Of a DNA stretch of 64,000 nt, positions 13,661 through 25,519 are shown piece by piece. Under the pieces are notes generated by a model, which was not told the origin of the DNA, ran no database searches, and worked only from the letters and a program-made list of their open reading frames with translations. How positions within the stretch are numbered: the stretch's first letter is position 1; every line of letters starts with the position of its first letter. Made by a program: the position numbers and the translations under genes. This stretch comes from Torpedo marmorata. Its lineage: Eukaryota. The DNA lies in contig OZ360223.1 of the NCBI GenBank assembly GCA_977017645.1, positions 139,190,001 to 139,254,000 of the forward strand, in the 5' to 3' direction.

Positions 13661-14619
13661 CCACTAATGCCACGGAGGAAGTCACTAAGTTTGAACCAAT
13701 CTGCGGCCAATATAGGACACCATAATGATTGGACCAAGGTTGGACCAATGGAGGAGTTCACGAAGACTGGACTAATGGAGGAGGTCAGGAGGACTGGAAC
13801 AATGGAGGGGGGCAACAAAACAGGATCACACCGGGAAAACTTTGAACATTGCAACTGCAAATGTTTTGACGGGACCAATCAGAAGCATCGGAGGAAAATA
13901 CGTAACCAGGACCATCCACAGACCTTCAGACCTTGTTGGGAGCATTGGATAAGCCACTGTGGTCAGGACAATGCCAGGAGAGTATCTGAGGAGGAAGCAT
14001 GTACAGGGCCAAGCCTGGAGTGTCAGAGTTCACAATGTGGCCAATGCCCAAGAATATCATAGGTAGTAATAGAGCCAAGACTAACACAGACAAACAGATG
14101 AGGCTCTCAGCTTAGAGGTGGCAATGTGACCAGTAACTGTCAGAACTCGAGCAAGAGGAAATTTTGCCAAGACGACACCACAGGAGCATCTGTGAAGGTA
14201 ACGTGTTCAGAATCAAGCTTGGCCCATGGGGGGGTGGCATTGTGGCCAGGTCAAATCAGAACCGAATGAGGAGATACCATGGACAGAACCATGCCAGGGA
14301 TCACTTGAGGAGGCAACTTTGATAGACACAAGCCCAGGGCATTGAAGGAAGAAAGTGGCCTGGACAAACAGAGAAAGCTGTATGTACAGGATGAATGAGG
14401 GACTATTGAGGAGGTAATGAAGCCAAACACTTTCCAATGGAGGACGCAATGTGGCCAGGACAACAACAGCTTAGCATCTGAGTAATGTGTCTTGGGACAA
14501 GCTGGGATAAGTGAAGAGGCAATGTGACCAGGACAAACCCAGACGTTCGGAGGAAGCAAGTAAACAAGCCCAGTCCTGGACCATTGAAGGAGAATATGTG
14601 GCCAGAACCCATCCAGGAC

Positions 14620-17600
14620 CTTTGGAGTATGCAATGTGCTATGGCCAATCACGGACCAATTGAAGGATGCAATGTTCCAGGACCAATCAAGGACCATTGG
14701 AGGATGCAGTGTGCCAGGATAAATCACGGATCATTAGAGGATGCACTGTACCAGGACCAATCACTGCCCAGTGAAGGATGCAATGTTCCAGGACCAACCA
14801 TGGAGCATTGAAGGGTGCAATATACCAGGACCAATCACGGAGCATTGGAGGATGGAATGTATCAGGACCAATCACGGCCCATTGGTGGATGCAATGTGCC
14901 AGGGCCAATCACGGACCAATTGAAGGATGCAATGTGCCAGGACCAATCATTGACCATTGGAGGAAGCAATGTGCCAGGACCAATGAAGGACCATTGGAGG
15001 ATGCAGTGTGCCAGGATAAATCACGGATCAGTGGAGGATGCACTGTACCAGGACCAATCACTGCCCAGTGAAGGATGCAATGTTCCAGGACCAACCATGG
15101 AGCATTGAAGGGTGCAATGTGCCAGGGCCAATCACGGACCATTGAAGGATGCAATGTGCCAGGGCCAATCACGGACCATTGGAGGATAGAATGTGCCAGG
15201 ACTAATCATGGACCATTGGAGGATGGAATGTGCCAGGACCAATCATGGACCATTGGAGGATGCAATGTGCCAGGACCAATCACGGACCATTGAACGATGC
15301 AATGTGCCAGGACCAATTATGTACCATTGAAGGATGCAAGGTCCCAGGACCAATCACCGCCCATTGGAGGATGCAATGTGCTAGGGCCAATCATGGTCCA
15401 TTGGAGGATGCAATGTGCCAGGATCAATCATTGACCATTGGAGGATGCAATGTGCCAGGACCAATCACGGCAAATTGGAGAATGCAAGGTCCCAGGACCA
15501 ATCACCGCCCATTGGAGTGTGCAATGTGCTAGGGCCTATCATGGACCATTGAAGTATGCAATATGCCAGGACCAACCACAGCGCATTGGAGGATGCAATG
15601 TGCCAGAATCAATCACGGGCCATTGGCGAATGCAATGTGCCAGGACCAATCATGGAGCATTGAAGGATGCAATGTGTCAGGACTAATCATGGACCATCGA
15701 AGGATCCAAAGTGCCAGGAGCAATTATGGACCATTGAGGATGCAATGTGCCAGGGCCAATCACGGACCATTGAATGATGCAATGTGCCAGGACCATCATC
15801 GACCATTGAAGGATGCAATGTGCTGGAACTAATCACGGCCAATTGGAGGATGCAATGTGCCAGGACCAATCATGGACCATTGAAGGATTCAATGTGCCAG
15901 GAGCAATCATGGCCTGGTGAAGGATGCAATGTGCCAGGACCAATCATGGTCCATTGGAGGATGTAATGTGCCAGGACCAATCACAGACTATTGAAGGATG
16001 CAATGTGCCAAGACTAATCATGGTTCATTGAAGGATGCAATGTGCCAGGACCAATCATGGCCCATTCGCGAATGCAATGTGCCAGGGACAATCACGGACC
16101 ATTAAAGGATGCAATGTGCCAGGACCAATCATGGACCATTGCAAGATGGAATGTGCCAGGATGAATGGACCATTGGAAGATGGAATGTGCCAGGACGAAT
16201 CATGGAACATTGGAGAATGGAATGTGCCAGGACCAATCACGGCCCATTGGAGGATGCAATGTGCCAGGACCAATCATTGTCCATTGGAGGATGCAATGTG
16301 CCAGGACCAATCACGGACCATTGGAGGATGGAAAGTGCCTGGACTAATCATGGAACATTTGAGGATGCAATGTGCCAGGACACGTCACGTCCATTTGGAG
16401 GATGCAATGTGCTAGGGCCAATCACGGACCATTAAAGGATGCAATGTGCCAGAACCATTCATGGTCCATTGAAGGATGAAATGTGCCAGGATAAATCATG
16501 GACCATTGGAGGATGGAATGTGCCAGGACTAATGAAACATTGGTCCTGGTTCATTGCATCCTCCAATCACAGAGCATTGAAGGATCCAAAGTCCCAGGAT
16601 CAATTATGGACCATTGGAAGATGGAATGTGCCAGGACCAATCACGGACCATTCGAGGATGCAATGTGCCAGGACCAATCATTGACCATTGGAGGATGCAA
16701 TGTGCCAGGACCAATCATTGACCATTGGAGGATGCAATGTGCCACGACTAATCAAGTACCATTGAAGGATGCAATGTGCCAGGACCAATTACAGCCTGGT
16801 GGAGGATGCAATGTACCAGGACCAATCATGGTCCATTGGAGGATGCAATGTGCCAGGACCAATCATGGACCATTGAAGGATGCAATGTCCCATGACCAAT
16901 GACTGCCCATTGAAGGATGCAATGTGCCAGAACCAATCACGGCCAATTGGAGGAGGCAATGTGCCAAGACCAATCATTACCATTGGAGGATGCAATGTGC
17001 CAGGAGGAATCATGGCCTGGTGGAGGATGCAATGTACCAGGACCAATCATGGTCGATTGGAGGATGCAATGTGTCAGGATCAATCATTGACCATTGGAGG
17101 ATGCAATGTGCCAGGACCAATCATGGACCATTGAAGGATGCAATGTGCCAGGACCAATCACGGCCCATTGGAGGATGCAATGTGCCAGGACCAATCATGG
17201 ACCATTGAAGGATGCAATGTTCCAGGACCAATCACGGCCCATTGGAGGATGCAATGTGCCAGGACCAATCATGGACCATTGAAGGATGCAATGTCCCAGG
17301 ACCAATCATGGACCATTGAAGGATGCAATGTCCCAGGACCAATCACGGCCCATTGGAGGATGCAATGTGCCAGGACCAATCATGGACCATTGAAGGATGC
17401 AATGTCCCAGGACCAATCACCGCCCATTGGAGGATGCAAAGTGCCAGGACCAATCATGGCAAATTGGAGGATGCAATGTGCCAGGGCCAATCACAGACCA
17501 TTGAAGGATGAAATTTGCCAGGACCAATCACGGACCATTGAAGGATGCAATGTGCCAGGACCAATCACCACCCAGTGGAGGATGCAATGTGCTCGGGCCA

Positions 17601-18792
17601 ATCATGGACCATTGGAGGATGCAATGTGCCAGGACCAATCATGGACCATTGAAGGATGCAATGTGCCAGGACCAATCATGGACCATTGGAGGATGCAGTG
17701 TGCCTGGACCAATCATGGTCCATTGGAGGATGCAGTGTGCCTGGACCAATCATGGACCATTGGAGGATGCAATGTACCAGGACCAATCATTGAACATTGA
17801 AGGATGCAATGTGCCAGGACTAATCACGGCCAATGGGAGGATGCAATGTGCCAGGACTAATCACGGACCATTGAAGAATGCAATGTCCCAGTACCAATCG
17901 TGGACCATTGGAAGATGGAATGTGCCAGGACTAATGGACCATTGAAGGATGAAATGTGCCAGGACCAATCATGGACCATCGAAGGATCCAAAGTGCCAGG
18001 ACCAATTATGGACCATTGGCGGATGCAATGTGCCAGGACTAATCACGGAAGATTGGAGGATGCAATGTGCCAGGAATAATCACGGCCTGGTGGAGGATGC
18101 AATGTGCCAGGACCAATCATGATCCATTGAAGGATGCAATGTACTAGGACCACTCATGGATGATTGGAAGATGGAATGTGCCCGGACTAATCATGGACCA
18201 TTGGAGGATGCAACGTGCCAGGACTAATCATGGACCATTGAAGGATGCAATGTGCCAGGACCAATCATGGACCATTGAAGGATGCAATGTGCCAGGACCA
18301 ATCACCTGCCCATTGGAGGATGCAATGAGCCAGGGCCAGTCATGGACCATTGAAGGATGCAATGTGCCAGGACCAATCACCTGCCCATTGGAGGATGCAA
18401 TGTGCCAGGGCCAGTCATGGACCATTGAAGGATGCAATGTGCCAGGACCAATCACCTGCCCATTGGAGGATGCAATGAGCCAGGGCCAGTCATGGACCAT
18501 TGAAGGATGCAATGTGCCAGGACCAATCACCTGCCCATTGAAGGATGCAATGTGCCAGGACCAATCATGGACCATTGAAGGATGCAATGTGCCAGGACCA
18601 ATCACCTGCCCATTGGAGGATGCAATGAGCCAGGGCCAGTCATGGACCATTGAAGGATGCAATGTGCCAGGACCAATCACCTGCCCATTGGAGGATGCAA
18701 TGAGCCAGGGCCAGTCATGGACCATTGGAGGATGCAATGTGCCAGGATAAATCACGGACTATTGGAGGCTGCAATGTGCCACGATCAATCAC
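14620..18792 (+). repeat. 37-bp satellite, main array (~110 monomers)
   Basis: Head-to-tail GGACCATTG[G/A]AGGATGCAATGTGCCAGGACCAATCA[T/C] with no unique spacers. Confidence 0.97.
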
Positions 18793-19108
18793 ACCCCACA
18801 AGTGTGCCCCAGTGAATTCCAGAGGGGCAAATTGGGTCTGACCTGCCCTTGTTGGACTAAGAGAAATCTGATTTCACCAGAAGTGCACTGAGCTGCTTCT
18901 GCATGAATTATCCTGACGTTGCCTGGTGTGGGAGATAAATTAGCAACTCAGCACCTGAGAACGCGACCATCAAGTATCTGCAGGACAGCAAGATTTACCA
19001 GGTAAAGCTATGTAAGTACAACACCTTTTTACTATCTACTAACTCCAAGCAGGTCCCCGTCATCAAAGACATCCAGTTGGCCCTCTGCAAGTGCAGGAAG
19101 GTGCCTAA
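18793..19108 (+). pseudogene. H3: Histone H3 pseudogene (approx. residue 26 to stop), heavily mutated
   Basis: HKCAP vs RKSAP; PALVGLREI*FHQKCTELLLHELS*RCLVWEI vs [43 protein letters not shown] vs LQEASEAYLVGL; SKQVPVI-KDIQLALCKC vs AKRVTIMPKDIQLARRIR; GCCTAA at 19103-19108. Several stops and frameshifts. Confidence 0.85.
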
Positions 19109-22100
19109 CTGGAGTGGAGTGGAAGAGGTGACTAAAGCAGCCTTCAAGTGTGTCCCATCCATGATGGAGTGAAGAAGACTCACCACCACTGACCCCTTCC
19201 TCATTTTCAGCCACACAAAGGCACTTTTAAGAGCCAATGAAAAGAGCTATAACCATCCTTATTCTACCCGATTGTTTTGTCTGATTTTACTCTCTACTTC
19301 TTGATTCATAGCATTTAATTGTACTCTCGTGAGTGCAGGCAGTGTGTGTTTTATGTACCTCAGCATCATAAAAACTGCATTATCCACATACCCTGTGATG
19401 CCCTAAAGATCCATCTAACTGTGACATATCGTTTATATCCTCATCTTGTCTCCAGCCTTTGCAGTGGCTCAACGGTCGATGGAGGTTCCCAGCAATGCAC
19501 TCATCACTGGATGTCGGAGGGAAAATGTCCCTGACCAAGCAGATGGTGCCAAGGTGGAGTGGAGGGGATGTGGTAACTAAAGCGGCCTACAAGTGTGTCT
19601 CATCGATGATGGAGTGAAGACTCACCACCACCGACCCCTTCCTCAATCTCAGCCACACAAAGGCTCTTTTTAGTGCCAATGAAAAGAGCTATAACCATCT
19701 TTATTTCACCTGAGTGTTTTGTGAATTGTTACTCTACTTGATTCACAGCATTTAATTGTACTCTAGTGAGTGCAGGCAGTGTGTGTCTTATGTACCTTTG
19801 CACCATTTTATTGCATTATCCCCATTCCAGTGATGCCCTGAAGATCCATCTAACTGTGAGCACATGGTTTATATTCTCATCTTGTCTGCAGCCTTTGCTG
19901 TGGCTCAAAGGTTGATGGAGGTTCCCAGCAATGCACTCTTACTGGATGTCGGGGGGGAAAATGTCCCTGACTAAGCAGATGGTGCCGAGCTGAAGTGGAG
20001 GGGAAGTGGTGACTAAATCGGCCAACAAGTGTGTCCCACATTGATGGAGTGAAGAAGACTCACAACCACCGACCCCTTCCTCAATCTCAGCCACACAAAG
20101 GCTCTTTTAAGAGCCAATGGAAAGAGCTATAACCATCTTTATTCCACCCGAGTGTTTTGTCTGTTTTTACTCTCTACTTTTTGATTCATAGCATTTGATT
20201 GTACTCTAGTGAGTGCAGGCAGTGTGTGTCTTTTGTACCTCTGCATCATAAAAACTGCATTATCCCCATACCCTGTGATGCCCTAAAGATCCATCTAACT
20301 GTGACATATCGTTTATATCCTCGTCTGCAGCCTTTGCAGTGGTTCAACGGTCGATGGAGGTTCCTGGAAATGCACTCTTCTCACTGGATGTCGGAGGGAA
20401 AATGTCCCTGACCAGGCAGATGGTGCCGTGGAGGGGAAGTGGTAGCTAAAGCAGCCAACAGGTGTGTCTCATCGATGATGGAGTGAAGACTCACCACCAC
20501 TGACCCCTTCCTCAATGTCGGCCACACAAAGGCTCTTTTTAGTGCCAATGAAAAGAGCTATAACCATCTTTATTTCACCTGAGTGTTTTGTGAATTGTTA
20601 CTCTACTTGATTCACAGCATTTAATTGTACTCTCGTGAGTGCAGGCAGTGTGTGTCTTATGTCCCTCAGCACCATTTTATTGCACTATTCCCCTCCCCAT
20701 TCCCATGATGCCCTAAAGATCCATCTAACTGTGAGCACATGGTTTATATCCTCATCTTGTCTGCAGCCTTTACAGTAGCTCAAGGTCGATGGAGGTTCCC
20801 AGCAATCCACTCTTCTTACTGAATGTTAGAGGGAAAATGTCTCTGACAAAGCAGATGGTGCCCAGCTGGAGCGGAGGGGATGTGGTAACTAAAGCAGCCT
20901 ACAAGTGTGTCCCACCATGGTGGAGTGAAGAAGACTCACCACCACCGACCACTTCCTCATTCTCAGCCACAAAAAGGCTCTTTTAAAAGCCAATGAAAAG
21001 AGCTATAACAATCTTTATTTAACCTGAGTGTTTTGTGAATTTTTAATATACTTCTTGATTCATAGCATTTAATTGTGCTCTAGTGAGTGCAGGCAATGTG
21101 TATCTTATGGACCTCAGCACCATATTACTGCACTATTCCCCTCTCCTTTCCCGTGATGCCCTAAAGATCCATCTAACTGTGAGCGCATGGTTTATATCCT
21201 CATCTTGTCTGCAGCCTTTGCAGTGGTTCAACGGTTGATGGAGGTTCCCAGCAAACCACTCTTCTCTGGATGTCCGAGGTAAATATCCCTGACCAAGTAG
21301 ATGGTGCCAAGGTGGAGTGGAGGGGAAGTGGTAACTAAAGCGGCCTACAAGTGTGTCTCATCGATGATGGAGTGAAGAGTCACCACCACCGACCCCTTCC
21401 TCAATGTCGGCCACACAAAGGCTCTTTTAAGAACCAATGAAAAGAGCTATAACCATCTTTATTTCACCTGAGTGTTTTGTGAATTGTTACTCTACTTGAT
21501 TCACAGCATTTAATTGTACTCTAATGAGTGCAGGCAGTGTGTGTCTTATGTACCTCAGCACCATTTTATTGCATTATCCCCATTCCCGTGATGCCCTAAA
21601 GATCCATCTAACTGTGAGCACATGGTTTATATCCTCATCTTCTCTGCAGCCTTTGATGTGGTTCAACGGTTGATGGAGGTTCCCAGCAAACCACTCTTCT
21701 CACTGGATGTCCGAGGTAAAATATCCCTGACCAAGCAGATGGTGCCGAGCTGGAGTGGAGGGGAAGTGGTGACTAAATCGGCCAACAAGTGTGTCCCACA
21801 TTGATGGAGTGAAGAAGACTCACAACCACCGACCCCTTCCTCAATCTCAGCCACACAAAGGCTCTTTTAAGAGCCAATGGAAAGAGCTATAACCATTTTT
21901 ATTTCTCCCAAGTGTTTTATGTTTTTTTTTACTCTGTATTTCTTGATTTGCAACATTTAATTGCACTCTACTAAGTGCACGGAGTGGATGTCATATCTAC
22001 CTCGGCACCATTTTACTGCATATCCTCATACCTCTCGATGCCGTTAAAATCCACATAACTATGAGTATGTGCGTTATATCCTCACATGTGTCTCCTGCCT

Positions 22101-23545
22101 TTGTAGTGTATCAAAGATCGATTGTCAAGTTCCCAGCAATACGCTCTTCATACTCGAGTCAGAAGGAAAATATCCCTGAACAAAGAGGTGTTCAAATGGA
22201 GTGGAGGAAAAATACCCTGCTGCACCTGTTGCTGAGTCACGACGGAGGAAGGAAGATACCACCACCGGCCCCTTCCTCATTCTCAGCCACACAAAGGCTC
22301 TTGTAAGAGCCAATGAAAAGAGCTACAACCATCTTTATTTAACCTGAGTGTTTTGTGAATTTTTAATCTAATTTTTGATTATAGCATTTAATTGTACTCT
22401 GGTGAGATCAGGCAGTGTCTTATGGACCTCGGCACAATTTCACTGCATTATCCCCATACCCATGATGCCCTAAAGATCCATATAACTGAATTTAGGCTTT
22501 ATATTTTCACCTTGTCTGCAGCCTTCTCAGTGGATCAAAGTTGATTGATCTTCCCAGCAATCTATTGTTCTCACTGGATGTCAGAAGGAAAATGTCCCTG
22601 ATCTAGCCGATGCGTCCCAGCTGGAGTGGAGGGGGAGTAGTGACTAAAGCGTCCTGTAAGTGTGTCTTAGCTATGATGGAGTGAAGAAGAATCACCACCA
22701 CTGACCCCTTTCTCATTCTCAGCCCCACAACGGCTCTTGAGAGGCACCAAAGATCTACAACCAGTTTGTTCCACCCAAATGTCCTGTCAGTTTTTGGTCT
22801 CTGTGTATTTCTTGATTCACAACATTTAATTGCACCCGAGTGCTTACAGTGCACGTACGTCTTGTTTACCACAGCACCATTTTACTGCTCTATCACCCTA
22901 TCCCTTGATACCACTAATATCCACACAATTATGGTTATATTTTTGGAATGAATGTTAAAGAGAGTAAATAATTTATGGAAAATTTGCCTTGATGTGAGTT
23001 AAAACTTGATGTCAGCTAGTTTTGAGTCTAGTCCCCTCTTCTCGATGTTTTGAGCAAGAAAACATTTTCTCTCCATCTCTCCTTTCATTCCTATAACCCT
23101 CATAGTGTTTCATCACAGTGCCAGTCGAAACCGACCTTGGGGACGATGTTACCCCTTTCTCTGGAGATCTGTATCTTGTAATTTGAAAGTCTCTTATGTG
23201 TCTTCAGTTTAAGGGGAGGATAACGGGTGGCTGCCATGTGAAGGAGAGAGGGTGGCCATCTCTGTTTCACCTGCCTTCCCATTTCACCAAAGGTCGATTG
23301 TTAAATTCCCAGCCAACTGCCTTTCTGTTGGATGGTTCAGACGGAATATGTCCCTGAGGGTGCCCGACTGAAGTGGTGGGAAAAGTCCCTCCAAGCAAGT
23401 GGTGACTAAAGCTGACTGCAAGTATGACCCAGCCATGACAGCGTGAAGAAAACCTACCATCACCGACTGCTTCCTTATTCTCAGTCCCACAATGGCTCTT
23501 GTAAGAGCCAATTTACAGAGCTATAACCATCTTTATTTCACCCGT
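19109..23545 (+). repeat. Tandem array of 10 ~440-bp histone H3-derived units (N-terminal tail remnant + 3' stem-loop + HDE)
   Basis: Units read MSLTKQMVPSWSGG..VVTKAAYKCVP / GVKKTHHHRP (H3: MARTKQTARKSTGG..LATKAARKSAP..GVKKPHRYRP) then CAAAGGCTCTTTTAAGAGCC and AAAAGAGCTATAAC. Stems start near 19220, 19662, 20100, 20531, 20976, 21420, 21860, 22296, 22732, 23494. Confidence 0.9.
21855..21893 (+). terminator. Replication-dependent histone mRNA 3' stem-loop plus histone downstream element (representative copy)
   Basis: ACAAA-GGCTCT-TTTA-AGAGCC matches the SLBP-bound hairpin consensus; followed by AAAGAGCTATAAC. Confidence 0.85.
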
Positions 23546-25519
23546 GTTTATTTTTTTTTCTCTGTAATTTGCATTTATGATAGTTCAAAATGGTCCAGCC
23601 TGTTAGATTTCTGATTGTTAACCCTATGTCTAAATGTCTTAGCTGAGGATCATTTTTGTCTGAAACCATCCTTTTGGGTTTTGGAAGAATAGTTCACGTT
23701 CATTCAGAGGGTACGTTGCAAACATTTTTGTCATGGGGACATTTACATTGTGATTTGACACACAATATATTTTGAATCCCCTGCTGAAATGTGAATAGGC
23801 AAAAAGAGAGTAACTGGGATGGGATGAATCATTTAAATCATTGATGATTTTACTGAGGCAGCAGGATGTGTAAATGGAGTGGATGGAGTGGAAGGAGCTT
23901 TGTGTGATGGTTGAAGCTATGTTCAAACCTTTCTACAGAATCTAATTTTCTATGACTGAGCAGATCCCGTGCTGCACTATGATGAATTCTAACAGGATTC
24001 ATGGTTTCATTTGGACACTTGAGGACTGAGTGGAAGTTCATGCGCTTTGTATGCTGTCGCATCAATATTCTTTCCACATTGGAGAAGGGAATGTGGCCAG
24101 GACCTATCAGAGGAGTCAATGTGTCCAGGACATGTATGGAGAATCGGAAGAAGTCATGTGCCAGGACAAATTGGGGACAAGCTGAGGAGGAAAGATGGCT
24201 CGAATTCAATTTAATTGTCATGAATACTGAGGTAGCGTGAAAGTGTTTAATTTGCAAGTGATGTGCTTGATTTCACAATTGTGAATCTTCATTTCAAAGG
24301 AAGGAGGGAGAAAAGAATGTGCTAACGGTGGGATGAGTTCTTCGGTATGTTGGCTGTTATTTCGAGGCTGTGTGGATGGTGGGGAAGCAGTTTTGTGTGG
24401 AGGTTGAGTTGCATTCACCACATTCTGTAGTTTATTGCAGTCTTGGGCAGCACATTTCCCATACCATTCAGTGATGCATCTGTAAAGGATGTTGAGGGTC
24501 ATGCGAATTTGGTCCAGCATCTGAGGAAGTAGAATTGTTTGTGTACATTCTTGACTGTAGCATCAACCGAACTAGGACCATAAGAAGGAGGTGAAATCCT
24601 GGACCTTTGGTGCAGGCAACTTTGTACGGTCCAATTGTGGATAATTGGAGGGGTCAATCTATCCAGGGTCAGTCAGAACCCTCGGAGGAGGTAACGAGGC
24701 CAGGACAAACCCAGATGATCGGAGGATGCAAAACCGGAACCATCAATGCATGCATGCTTGTCTGAACTGAGCTATGAAAATCGAAAAGGGAAAGGAGGTC
24801 GAATTGATGTTTGCATTTGTTATGCTTTTTGAGGTACAGTGAAAATTGTAGGCTTTTATGCTCTCCAGCATGACAATCCATACATACATACTGCAAATAA
24901 AAGACACAACAGAGTGCAGAGTTACCGAGCGCAATCAGTGAGAATGGAGCAAGGGCATCATGATTTCACTGTTGTGATGTTTGTTTGTGTGTTCACAAGT
25001 ATAACAGCACTGATAAATTCATAGTTTTGAATCTGATGATGCATGACTTTGAATCGCGATTTTTCTTTCTGATGGAAGTAAGAAGAATAGGGAGTGGTCA
25101 GGGTGGGATGATTCACTTAATATGTTGTCTGTTTTACTGAGGTATCAGGATGTGTAGAGAGAGTGGATGGCACGGAAGGAGACATGTGAAGGTCTGAGCT
25201 GCGATTAAAGCTTTCTGCAGCATCTTGTTGTTCAACGTTGAGCAGGGACTGTTTAACTGACTGTGTAACCTGATAGGTTTCTTTCAATGGTGCATTTGTA
25301 GCATTTGTTCAGAGCGCAGTGTTCATGCGGTTTTCTCAGGCGTGTGTGCAAGTATGAGAATTGGAGGGCTTTCGTAGTCATCATATCAAGCACTTCAGGC
25401 CCATCAGAGGAGGAAACCGGGCCGGCAATAATCAGGAAACATTGCAGTAGGCAACGTGGCCAGGACCAAGTCCAACACATCAATGGAAGCAAGGGGCCCA
25501 GGACCAAGCAGGTCCTTCG

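Larger units (their letters stand above)
3629..23783 (+). repeat. Tandem segmental duplication, copy 1 (~20.2 kb)
   Basis: Sequence from CTGAAATGTGAATAGGC (3629) is repeated colinearly from 23784; near-identical ORF pairs, e.g. 3846..4085 and 24001..24240. Confidence 0.95.

Noticed and set aside
13135-18792. 37-bp repeats as a CRISPR array
   Set aside because: Monomers abut with no unique spacers, no cas genes, and the context is vertebrate-like.
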